Source: Akkermansiaceae bacterium
Lineage (GTDB): Bacteria > Verrucomicrobiota > Verrucomicrobiia > Verrucomicrobiales > Akkermansiaceae
DNA: 64,000 nucleotides
Direction: 5' to 3'
NCBI GenBank assembly: GCA_051251915.1
Contig: JBPOGF010000009.1
Span: 64,001-128,000 of the forward strand
Shown: in pieces, positions 1 to 8,621 of the stretch
Layout: each line of letters begins with the position of its first letter
How positions within the stretch are numbered: the first letter of the stretch is position 1
Made by a program: the position numbers and the translations under genes
The notes under the pieces: generated by a model
The model's database searches: none
Seen by the model: the letters and a program-made list of their open reading frames with translations, nothing else
Told to the model about the DNA's origin: nothing

Positions 1-5
1 CCCAT
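1..5 (-). CDS. rpsC: Probable first codons of 30S ribosomal protein S3 (runs off the window edge)
   Basis: ATG GG (Met-Gly) 29 nt after the rplV stop; expected next gene of the S10 operon. Positional evidence only. Confidence 0.5.
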
Positions 6-34
6 AATTGTGTTATGTTAGTGTTGTTAGTGTA

Positions 35-379
35 TTATGCCTCGACTGGCTTAGGAGCGAGGGTGATGTAGATGTGGCTAGTGCGCTTTAGGATACCGCC
101 TGCAGATCCACGTGCACGTGGCTTGAAGCGTTTGAATGTAGGGCCTACGCCGACTGTGGCTTCTTTGACGATGAGATCATCGGCATCGAGGTCATGATTG
201 TTTTCTGCGTTTGCTACTGCACTTTTCAGAGTCTTGCCGATTAGAAATGCTGATTTCTTTGGAGTGAAGTTCAGCGTGTCTAGGGCAGAGGACACTGGTA
301 GGCCTTGAATAGCGCGGGCTACGTCACGAGCTTTTTTAGCGGAGACGCGAGCGAATTTATATGTTGATTTGACTTCCAT
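35..379 (-). CDS. rplV: 50S ribosomal protein L22
   Basis: Motifs SAKKAR, KSAVANAENN, PRARG, KRTSHI. Confidence 0.98.
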   Translation of the reverse strand: MEVKSTYKFARVSAKKARDVARAIQGLPVSSALDTLNFTPKKSAFLIGKTLKSAVANAENNHDLDADDLIVKEATVGVGPTFKRFKPRARGSAGGILKRTSHIYITLAPKPVEA

Positions 380-399
380 CGTTCTAGGATGTTGATTGT

Positions 400-1152
400 T
401 TAATTTTGTGTCTTGATTGATGCGATGTCGCCGGGGCGGACCGCGTTGTTAGTGTCATCGAGTCGGATTACTAGGGCTCCAGCTATTTCTGGTCTAACCT
501 CAGCAATCCTTGCTTCTGCTATTTGGCTCTTACCACGTAGGATACGGAATGTCATTCCTATGCGGACTTGCTGCTTCTCCCCAGCATTTAGGATGAGAGT
601 GCCAGATTGGCCATCTATACCTATGATCTTGGCCTCGTGAAGAGAACCTAGGTCTATCTGTGGACGCGGCTTATCTATGATTCCCAGCAATACGTCAAGT
701 CCTCTGATTTCTTTTTCGAGGTTAAGACGTTGAAGGTCATCTGCTACAAAGGCGTGCTTTAGGTATTCTCGTACCTGAGCGGTGAGAGTCGTCGCGGCTG
801 TTTCCAGCTTAGCGAGGCGGTCCTCGAGCACCTTGCGGTTGGCCACTGCCTGGATGAGGCGCTCGTCATCTGTCCCTAATGGATAGGTTCCGAGAGCTTC
901 GAGTTCCAAGCGAATTTTATTTAACTTCCCCTTAGCACTTATCGTTTCCTGTTTGGAATCAACAAGTGCCTTAGAGAGGCTTTCGTTCTTATCCTGCAAC
1001 TCTTGAATGCGTTGTTGCAGAATTTGAACGTTGCGAGCATCGGCTCCCACTTCATCTTGTCCGAGCTCTTGCGCCTGAACCATAACCGCACTCGCCGCGA
1101 GGAGACATGCTCCTGTGCTGAATATGGTGATAGTTTTGGCGAAAGATTTCAT
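400..1152 (-). CDS. Hypothetical exported protein (signal peptide, long coiled coil, C-terminal beta-rich domain) inside the S10 operon
   Basis: 250-aa ORF with Sec-type N-terminus ending VQA-Q and heptad-rich middle; 26 nt after rpsS and 20 nt before rplV on the same strand. Confidence 0.85.
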   Translation of the reverse strand: MKSFAKTITIFSTGACLLAASAVMVQAQELGQDEVGADARNVQILQQRIQELQDKNESLSKALVDSKQETISAKGKLNKIRLELEALGTYPLGTDDERLIQAVANRKVLEDRLAKLETAATTLTAQVREYLKHAFVADDLQRLNLEKEIRGLDVLLGIIDKPRPQIDLGSLHEAKIIGIDGQSGTLILNAGEKQQVRIGMTFRILRGKSQIAEARIAEVRPEIAGALVIRLDDTNNAVRPGDIASIKTQN

Positions 1153-1178
1153 AATTAGAAGTGGGTGAGAGTTAAGAA

Positions 1179-1451
1179 TTACTTCTTACCTACTGTTCCG
1201 TGTGCTTTGAAGATACGAGTCGGGGCGAATTCACCGAGCTTGTGTCCAACCATATTCTCAGTTACGTATACAGCGACAAATGATTTGCCGTTGTGAACTG
1301 CGAAGTTAAGTCCGACGAAGTCTGGTGTGATCATTGATCTACGGCTCCATGTCTTGATTGGCTTTTTATGGCCTGACTGAGCTGCTGCAGCATCGATTTT
1401 TTCGAGAAGCTTTTGGTCAACGAATGGTCCCTTTTTTAGTGATCTTGGCAT
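1179..1451 (-). CDS. rpsS: 30S ribosomal protein S19
   Basis: [29 protein letters not shown]. Confidence 0.99.
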   Translation of the reverse strand: MPRSLKKGPFVDQKLLEKIDAAAAQSGHKKPIKTWSRRSMITPDFVGLNFAVHNGKSFVAVYVTENMVGHKLGEFAPTRIFKAHGTVGKK

Positions 1452-1479
1452 AAGTTTAGTTTCAGTTAGTGGTTATAGA

Positions 1480-2316
1480 TTATTTATTCTTTGTCTTACG
1501 ACGCTGAACGATGACTTTGTCTGATGCTTTACGCTTCTGACGTGTCTTCTGACCTTTTACGTGACCCCAAGGTGACTTGAGGTGCTGACGGCCACCACCG
1601 GACTTGGACTTACCCTCACCACCACCATTCGGGTGATCAACTGGGTTCATACACATTCCGCGAACTGTTGGGCGAATACCCATCCAACGTGAACGACCCG
1701 CTTTAGCAGATACTACGTTCATGTGGTCTCCGTTGCCTACTTTACCAATGGTGCAGAGGCAACGTTCGTTGAACTTACGGATCTCTCCAGATGGCATCTT
1801 AACAAGTGCGATTCCTTCCTCACGGTTAGAAAGCACTGCTTGCTGTCCAGCTGAACGAGCGATTTTGCCGCCTGATCCAGGGATAAGTTCAATGTTGTGA
1901 ATTGATGTTCCGAGTGGAACGTTACTGAGTGGAGTTGCGTTACCCGGCTTAGGTGTTGCTGTCTCACTTGATACAACTGTTGCGCCTACTTCTAGTCCGT
2001 GTGGAGCTAGGATGTATGCTTTCTCTCCGTCTGTGTATTGGATGAGTGCGATACGGCATGTTCTGTTAGGATCATACTCGATACCTACCACAGTTGCTTC
2101 TACGTCGAACTTACGACGCTTGAAGTCGATAAGTCTGTATTTTTTCTTGTGACCTCCACCGATGTGACGGCATGTAATGCGGCCTTGGTTGTTACGTCCA
2201 CCTGATCTTTTCTTTACACGGAGGAGTGACTTCTCAGGAGTTGTCTTAGTGATCTCCTCAAATGTATTCCAGACCTTGTATCGGTTTGATGGTGTTACTG
2301 GTTTGAATGTTTTCAT
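1480..2316 (-). CDS. rplB: 50S ribosomal protein L2
   Basis: [34 protein letters not shown]. Confidence 0.99.
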   Translation of the reverse strand: MKTFKPVTPSNRYKVWNTFEEITKTTPEKSLLRVKKRSGGRNNQGRITCRHIGGGHKKKYRLIDFKRRKFDVEATVVGIEYDPNRTCRIALIQYTDGEKAYILAPHGLEVGATVVSSETATPKPGNATPLSNVPLGTSIHNIELIPGSGGKIARSAGQQAVLSNREEGIALVKMPSGEIRKFNERCLCTIGKVGNGDHMNVVSAKAGRSRWMGIRPTVRGMCMNPVDHPNGGGEGKSKSGGGRQHLKSPWGHVKGQKTRQKRKASDKVIVQRRKTKNK

Positions 2317-2365
2317 TGTTCGCTATTCTTTTCGATTTTTAATGTTTCGTTTTGCAGCGTAGTTA

Positions 2366-2650
2366 CTAGACGAGGTCTAGTGATTCACCTTCTTTGAGGC
2401 GCACGATGGCCTTTTTCCAGTTTGCTGTGCGGCCTGCGTCTGCTCTACGTTGGCGCTTCTTCTTGCCATCATAGTTACATGTGCGGACTGCTTCTACTTT
2501 CACACCGAAGAGTTGCTCTACGGCGCGTTTGATTTCGAGTTTGTTTGCCCTTTGTGCCACTTTAAGAACGACTTCGTTGTTCTGCTCCTGAAGGAGAGTT
2601 GCTTTTTCGCTGAGGCGAACTGTGTCGATGACTTGGTAAATGTCTTTCAT
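2366..2650 (-). CDS. rplW: 50S ribosomal protein L23
   Basis: SEKAT, ANKLEIKRAVEQLFGVKV, WKKAIVRL. Confidence 0.98.
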   Translation of the reverse strand: MKDIYQVIDTVRLSEKATLLQEQNNEVVLKVAQRANKLEIKRAVEQLFGVKVEAVRTCNYDGKKKRQRRADAGRTANWKKAIVRLKEGESLDLV

Positions 2651-2677
2651 CTGATTGGTTCTAGTTCTGGTTAGTGG

Positions 2678-3289
2678 TTATGCAGTTCTCTTAGAGAGTG
2701 TCTCGTATGAGTCTTCTACAATGATGACTGCGTTAGCGTGAAGGATCTGCTCGATGTTTACTTCATCAGCTGTGATGAGTTGCACACCTTGAACGTTACG
2801 TCCAGCAAGGTAAGTTTTCTCATCGAATGACTTAGCAATGATGAGTGTCTTCTTAACATCTGTGATCTCTCTCACAGCTGAGATGAATGACTTTGTCTTG
2901 CCGTCCGCGATAGCGAAAGAAGAGATAGATGCTACCTCATCAGCTGCGATCTTTTCACCGAGTGCCTTACGAAGCGCAAGCTTACGTGTGCTCTTAGTTA
3001 CTTTCTTAGAGTAGTCACGTGGACGAGGTCCGAATACTACACCACCACCTACGAAAATAGGTGCTGAGCGAGCTCCGTGACGTGCGCCACCTGTTCCCTT
3101 TTGCTTATAGATCTTCTTACCAGATCCGCGGACTTCTCCACGTGTCTTAGTACATGCTGATCCTGTTCTGCGGTTAGCGCGGTATGCTACGATGAGATCG
3201 TGCACTGCTTGGTTACCCTTAGATGTTCCTGAGATAACAGTGATGTTAGCTGAGGCTGCGTCTTCGAGTGAAAGTTGTTTTACTGACAT
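2678..3289 (-). CDS. rplD: 50S ribosomal protein L4
   Basis: TKTRGEVRGSGKK, QKGTGGARHG, GGGVVFGPRPR. Confidence 0.98.
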   Translation of the reverse strand: MSVKQLSLEDAASANITVISGTSKGNQAVHDLIVAYRANRRTGSACTKTRGEVRGSGKKIYKQKGTGGARHGARSAPIFVGGGVVFGPRPRDYSKKVTKSTRKLALRKALGEKIAADEVASISSFAIADGKTKSFISAVREITDVKKTLIIAKSFDEKTYLAGRNVQGVQLITADEVNIEQILHANAVIIVEDSYETLSKRTA

Positions 3290-3314
3290 TACAGTTGTTT
3301 CTTTCTATGGTTGA

Positions 3315-3968
3315 TTATGATTTAGCCTTAGCTGCTTTGATTGCAGGGCGGACGGTAACGTAACCTCCGTTAGGTCCTGGAACAGCACCTGATACGAGGA
3401 TAACATTGTCTTCAGGGCGAACCTGTACGATTTTAAGATTCTGAACTGTGCGGTTATATTGACCGTGACGTCCTGGCATCTTCTTGTTCTTCCAGATACG
3501 TCCTGGCCATGTACCAGCACCAACACCACCGGGGCGTCTGTGCATCATGTGACCGTGTGAGTCTGGCTGACCTGCGAAGTTGTAACGCTTAACAACACCT
3601 TGGAAACCTTTACCCTTAGTTGTGCCGATCACATCAACGGCCTGACCGTCTGTGAATACAGCTGCTCCTGGGTGAGCTTCTTCTGTGTTTGGTAAGTCTG
3701 CATCAGATGCAAAACGGAATTCTTTGATTTGCTTCTTAGCTGTTCCGTTGTTCTTCTTGATGTGGCCGAGCTTTGCTTTATTAATGCGTTGCTCTTTCTG
3801 CTCATCATAACCGATCTGAACTGCTGAATAGCCGTCAGTTTCAGTTGTCTTAACTTGGAGATACTCGTTTCCTGATACGTCGATAACGTTAACTGGAATC
3901 ATGATTCCCGCTTCCTTATCGAAAACACGAGTCATTCCTATCTTTTTTCCTAATAGTCCTAGTGACAT
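3315..3968 (-). CDS. rplC: 50S ribosomal protein L3
   Basis: GKKIGMT, DGYSAVQIG, KGKGFQGVVKR, GAVPG. Confidence 0.99.
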   Translation of the reverse strand: MSLGLLGKKIGMTRVFDKEAGIMIPVNVIDVSGNEYLQVKTTETDGYSAVQIGYDEQKEQRINKAKLGHIKKNNGTAKKQIKEFRFASDADLPNTEEAHPGAAVFTDGQAVDVIGTTKGKGFQGVVKRYNFAGQPDSHGHMMHRRPGGVGAGTWPGRIWKNKKMPGRHGQYNRTVQNLKIVQVRPEDNVILVSGAVPGPNGGYVTVRPAIKAAKAKS

Positions 3969-3994
3969 AGTATTAAATGGTTGGGGTTCGTGGC

Positions 3995-4303
3995 TCAGAT
4001 TTTGATTTGAATGTCGACACCTGCTGGTAGGTTAAGCTTCTTGAGCTCATCTACCGTGCGTGCTGTTGGGTCTAGAATATCAAGAACGCGCTTGTGTGTT
4101 CTAATTTCGAACTGGTCTGCTGCCTTCTTGTTTTGGTTAACTGAGGCGTTCACTGAGAACTTCTCAACTCTTGTCGGCAGAGGAATCGGTCCAGCTACCT
4201 TGGCTCCTGTGCGCTTGGCAGTCTCTACGATTTCGAGCGCAGAACGATCGATTGCTCGATGATCGTATGCACGAAGTCGGATTCTTATCTTTTGGTTTTG
4301 CAT
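3995..4303 (-). CDS. rpsJ: 30S ribosomal protein S10
   Basis: [32 protein letters not shown]. Confidence 0.99.
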   Translation of the reverse strand: MQNQKIRIRLRAYDHRAIDRSALEIVETAKRTGAKVAGPIPLPTRVEKFSVNASVNQNKKAADQFEIRTHKRVLDILDPTARTVDELKKLNLPAGVDIQIKI

Positions 4304-4546
4304 GTTGGTTTGTGTTGTATGTTATTGATTAAAAATAGATTCACATCTCCGATCCATCATTTAATAGTTGAGAATCTGAACAACTTACTGCTAAAAAGTT
4401 CGTATTTTCGTGTATAAAGTATGCATAAAGGGCATTCACACGGTCACCAAGACGAGCGAGATTTCCTCGCATAGCCATGTTTTCCGGAGCTGCACCCGAT
4501 AGTTTTACCTGATTTAGTGCTTCATTTCTTATCTGAGGCACGATGT

Positions 4547-4589
4547 GGGGCGGCGAACTTACCTAGAAAACGCAATCTGACAAGCCCTA
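4547..4589 (-). promoter_or_regulatory. Putative sigma70-type promoter of the S10 operon (TTGTCA-16 bp-TAAGTT, GC-rich discriminator)
   Basis: Minus strand gggcTTGTCAgattgcgttttctaggTAAGTTcgccgcccc; nearly identical to the element upstream of rpsL. Confidence 0.7.
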
Positions 4590-4701
4590 TTTTATTTTTT
4601 TTGAAATTTTATTTTTTCTTGTGTGTCTACAGAGAAAAAGTGACTCTTTTTTACGCCTCCTACCCAATGATAGTATCAATCTACCCAAAGAACCTAAAAT
4701 T

Positions 4702-6960
4702 ATGAAAATCACCTTGTCCAACAACACTCTGATCAACCACATCGCTATCGGCTGCACATCATTAACCACTTGTTTACTATTCCCTTCTCCGCTCCACGCC
4801 AAGGAAACTGTTGAAAAGGTAGCATCTCAAGAACTCAAACCAACTTTCTCAAAAGACAAATCAGCTGACGCCATATTAAAGGTCGCCAACGCCGTCGCAG
4901 ACTGGCAACTAGCCAACCCCTATAAGAAGGAAGATACCGACTGGACTGAAGGCGCCCTCTGGACAGGCCTCACAGCCCATGCAGAAACCTCCGGCGACGA
5001 TAAGTACATCCAAGCGATGCTCAATGTCTCAGAGGGCATCGAATACAAACTCGGAGCTCGCACCCACTTCGCAGATGATCACTGCGTAGGCAGACTCCAC
5101 CTCTGGAACTACCTCAGAGACGAACGCCCCGAGCAATTAACCCCAACTAAAGAAACCCTCGACCATTTCCTTGCCGTCCCCCACACCGAATCCCTCAAAT
5201 GGGTAAATCACATTCATTTCCGCGAACTCGCATGGTGTGACGCTCTCTACATGACTCCCCCAACCATCGCCGCTCTTCACGCAGCAACCGGAGACCAAAA
5301 ATATCTCGATAAAACCGACGAGCTCTGGTGGAAATCATCCGATTACCTATACGACACAGAAAGCAGCCTCTATTTCCGCGACAGCAAATATTTTCCACCC
5401 ACAAAAGAAGCCAATGGTGAAAAAGTATTCTGGTCACGCGGCAACGGCTGGGTCTTCGCCGGCCTCTGCCAACTCCTCCAGCACATGCCAGCAGATCACC
5501 CCACTCGCGGTAAATACATCCAGCAGTTTAGAGAAATGGCAGCCAAGCTCAAGAGCATCCAACTAGAAGACGGCTCCTGGCACGCCTCGCTACTAGATCC
5601 AGACAGCTTCCCAGTTCCAGAGTCCTCAGGCACCGCGTTTTTCGCCTATGGATTTCTCTGGGGCATCAACAATAACATCTTAGATGCTGAAGAGTATCAA
5701 GCCACTTCCTATAAGGCTTGGGACAGACTAGTAAACTGCGTTCACCCAGATGGAAAGCTCGGATTTGTTCAGCCAGTCGGCGAAAACCCAAAATCAGTCA
5801 CCTACGACCAAACTGCGGTTTATGGTGTTGGTGCATTCTTGCTCACAGCACATGAACTCCATAAACACCTCATCCTGTCAGACGCTAAAATCGCTGAATT
5901 CTCAGCACTCAACTCAGACACCCACGTCCGCCTCAATGAAACAGTAGAAATCCCATGGACAACCGTCACAGAGAAACTCCCAGGAACAAAAGCAACTGAC
6001 ATTGCAATCAGAGACACCATTCGCGGTTATTTCCACCAGCCCCAGATCATCGATGAAAATAAAGACGGCACCCCAGAGTCCATCCTCTTCACCGCAGATT
6101 TCACCCCACAGGAAAATCGCAAATTCCAACTCGTAACCCTAAAGGACACCCGCCCTCAATTCCCTAACAATAGACTCGAAGCACGCTTCGTCCCCGAAAG
6201 AAAAGATGACTTCGTCTGGGAAAACGACCGCATAGCTTTCCGCGCATACGGTCCAGCGCTCGCAGTAGAAAATGCACGCGGCGGATTCGATGTCTGGACT
6301 AAATCAGTCCGCACCCCAGTAGCTAACGATTGGTACAAATCAGGAGACTACCACAAAGACCACGGTAAAGGACTAGATGGCTACAAAGTAGGCGACACCC
6401 TAGGCTGCGGAGGACTCGGCTACCTCGACTCCAACAAAAAACTCATCACCAGCCCCGTATTCTCAACATCCGAAGTTTTAGAAAAAGGTCCCATCCGTCT
6501 CAAGTTCAAGCTCACCTACGAACCAGTAGAAGTAGATAGCGCCAAAATCACCGAAACCCGCACCATCACCATGGACGCCGGCGACCACCACTTCACCGTA
6601 GACTCAAGCTTCGACATCAAAGGCGATGCCTCCAATGTAAAACCAGTAACCGGACTCGCCATCAGAAAAGCCAAACAGAAACCAACCATCTTCACTGGCA
6701 ACTTCCTCGCCTACGCAGATCCTATCTTGGCAAAAGACGGCATAGTTACAACCTACATCATGAATCAGCCCACTGCGCCAGACGAATACATCACAGGAAA
6801 AACAAACCTCCTCAAAATCCTCGCCAATGATCTAAGCAAACCCACACGCTACCAAGCAGGAGCCATGTGGAATAAAATCGAATCCAAAAGCGACCCAGAA
6901 CTCGAACTAAAAATCTACAACGCTAGTCACGCGCTCAAACACCCAATCAAAGTCCAATAA
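4702..6960 (+). CDS. Secreted GH105/GH88-family unsaturated glycuronyl hydrolase fused to a DUF4861-like C-terminal domain
   Basis: WCDALYM, FWSRGNGWV, ESSGTAFF, GYVQP-like GFVQP motifs; C-terminal RKDDFVWEND.IAFRAYGP and GLDGYKVGDTLGCGG; signal peptide from the ATG at 4702. Confidence 0.85.
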   Translation: MKITLSNNTLINHIAIGCTSLTTCLLFPSPLHAKETVEKVASQELKPTFSKDKSADAILKVANAVADWQLANPYKKEDTDWTEGALWTGLTAHAETSGDDKYIQAMLNVSEGIEYKLGARTHFADDHCVGRLHLWNYLRDERPEQLTPTKETLDHFLAVPHTESLKWVNHIHFRELAWCDALYMTPPTIAALHAATGDQKYLDKTDELWWKSSDYLYDTESSLYFRDSKYFPPTKEANGEKVFWSRGNGWVFAGLCQLLQHMPADHPTRGKYIQQFREMAAKLKSIQLEDGSWHASLLDPDSFPVPESSGTAFFAYGFLWGINNNILDAEEYQATSYKAWDRLVNCVHPDGKLGFVQPVGENPKSVTYDQTAVYGVGAFLLTAHELHKHLILSDAKIAEFSALNSDTHVRLNETVEIPWTTVTEKLPGTKATDIAIRDTIRGYFHQPQIIDENKDGTPESILFTADFTPQENRKFQLVTLKDTRPQFPNNRLEARFVPERKDDFVWENDRIAFRAYGPALAVENARGGFDVWTKSVRTPVANDWYKSGDYHKDHGKGLDGYKVGDTLGCGGLGYLDSNKKLITSPVFSTSEVLEKGPIRLKFKLTYEPVEVDSAKITETRTITMDAGDHHFTVDSSFDIKGDASNVKPVTGLAIRKAKQKPTIFTGNFLAYADPILAKDGIVTTYIMNQPTAPDEYITGKTNLLKILANDLSKPTRYQAGAMWNKIESKSDPELELKIYNASHALKHPIKVQ

Positions 6961-6966
6961 TTAAAA

Positions 6967-7187
6967 CTAGTGCTACGTCTTGCTTAAAATATTGGATAGG
7001 CGCAGATGATTTTTCTCGAAGGTAAGGCGTGAGAAAGGAATGAGTTGGGATTCATGACTGACGAATAACGAAGCTTTCTTGAAAAAGCATCAACCTTCCT
7101 CAAAGCTTTCGACCGTAGGGAGCTAATATTTACCACTTTCCTCATCTTAAAAACCTATCCAACATTTTAGGTGAGACGCAGCACTAG
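6967..7187. mobile_element. 221-bp MITE-like palindromic element with 34-bp imperfect terminal inverted repeats ending in CTAG
   Basis: 6967-7000 versus reverse complement of 7154-7187 match at 29/34; second internal inverted repeat about 7005-7023 / 7072-7091; no ORF. Confidence 0.7.
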
Positions 7188-7690
7188 ACCTTAACAGCGC
7201 TCCAGTCTAGAGCCTGAGCGTCCTTCGTGGACATAATCGGCACCTCAACCCCCCAAGGCAAATCTAACACAGAGGATAGCGGATTAATACTATGCTCCGC
7301 ATAAGGATGATAAGCCTGATCGGTCAAATAACTCACCATAGCTGTCTCACTATGTACCGAAAATCCATGCGCAAAATTGCTAGGCACAAAAAGCTGATTG
7401 GGTAAATCCTCATCATCACTCGAAAGCTTAAACTTGCTCCACTGACCATAACTAGGAGAATCAGGGTCAACATCCAGAATAATGTCCGTAATACTCCCTT
7501 GCAGCACAGTAACCAATTTATTCTGAGCAAAAGGCAACTGGTAATGAAGCCCTCTTATAGTGTTTTTTACAGAATGAGAAATATTGTGCATCACCCACAA
7601 GCACTGAGGAAACACCTCGTCATAACTCGACTGAAACCAGCCGCGCTCATCTTCATATCTAGGGGAACGCAATGTAATAGGAGAATCCAT
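7184..7690 (-). CDS. rmlC: dTDP-4-dehydrorhamnose 3,5-epimerase family (cupin)
   Basis: DERGWF, IRGLHYQ, QLFVP..FAHGF, MSTKD. Confidence 0.9.
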   Translation of the reverse strand: MDSPITLRSPRYEDERGWFQSSYDEVFPQCLWVMHNISHSVKNTIRGLHYQLPFAQNKLVTVLQGSITDIILDVDPDSPSYGQWSKFKLSSDDEDLPNQLFVPSNFAHGFSVHSETAMVSYLTDQAYHPYAEHSINPLSSVLDLPWGVEVPIMSTKDAQALDWSAVKV

Positions 7691-7692
7691 AG

Positions 7693-8592
7693 TTAAAGGT
7701 GATTGTTAGGGTCTTGTTTGAGCATGAATTTGAGATAATGGCTATAATCAGAATTACCATACGGCTCAATATTTGCCATTATTGTTTCAGCCGTGATCCA
7801 CTTTTTAAGATACGCCACCTCCTCCGGGCAACCTATCTTTAGACCCATCCTGTTCTCAATCGCCTGAATAAAGCCAGAAGCCTCACTGATCGATCTATGA
7901 GTCCCAGTATCAAACCAAGCAAACCCTCGATTCAGTTTCTGCACAGAAAGAGCCTTTTTCTCCATATAAAGACGGTTCAAATCAGTAATTTCTAGCTCTC
8001 CACGAGCAGAAGGCCTGATCGTAGCCGCCATATCAGAAGCGTGCTCATCATAAAAATAAACCCCTGTAACCGCTAACTGCGACTTGGGCTTCTCCGGCTT
8101 CTCCTCGATGGAAACTGGAACCCCATCCTCATCCAGCTCAATCACCCCATAGGCAGCCGGGTTAGTAACATGACATACCAAAAGATGAGCACCTTCCAAC
8201 TGCTGACTAGCCGCCACAAGATGCTGTGTCAAATTATGACCATACAACAAATTATCACCAAGCACCAAACAGCACGGTGAACCATCCAGAAAATCTTTCG
8301 CCAAGATCAAGGCTTCCGCTATCCCCCTAGGTGCTTCCTGCACCTCATACTGAAGCCTTATCCCCCACTGCGAACCATCACCTAACAGATCTTCAAAACT
8401 CTTCTTATGCTGATCCGTAGTGATCACCAGAACCTCTCTGATATCAGCCAGCATCAGCAAGCTAAGTGAATAAAAAATCATCGGCTTATCATGCACAGGA
8501 AGAAGATGTTTCGAGACACCTATAGTCAGCGGATACAATCGTGAACCTGTCCCCCCAGCGAGTAAAATTCCTTTTCTAAATGATTGCTTCAT
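7693..8592 (-). CDS. rmlA: Glucose-1-phosphate thymidylyltransferase
   Basis: GILLAGGTGSRLYPLT, SKHLLPVHDKPMI, EEKP, SARGELEITD, RGFAWFDTGT. Confidence 0.96.
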   Translation of the reverse strand: MKQSFRKGILLAGGTGSRLYPLTIGVSKHLLPVHDKPMIFYSLSLLMLADIREVLVITTDQHKKSFEDLLGDGSQWGIRLQYEVQEAPRGIAEALILAKDFLDGSPCCLVLGDNLLYGHNLTQHLVAASQQLEGAHLLVCHVTNPAAYGVIELDEDGVPVSIEEKPEKPKSQLAVTGVYFYDEHASDMAATIRPSARGELEITDLNRLYMEKKALSVQKLNRGFAWFDTGTHRSISEASGFIQAIENRMGLKIGCPEEVAYLKKWITAETIMANIEPYGNSDYSHYLKFMLKQDPNNHL

Positions 8593-8621
8593 ATTATTTA
8601 TTTTAAAGATCTATTATCCTG

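Noticed and set aside
4341..4541. 66-aa ORF in the rpsJ leader as a leader peptide
   Set aside because: GTG start within a few bases of the predicted TSS, no recognisable family or attenuator; better explained as untranslated leader
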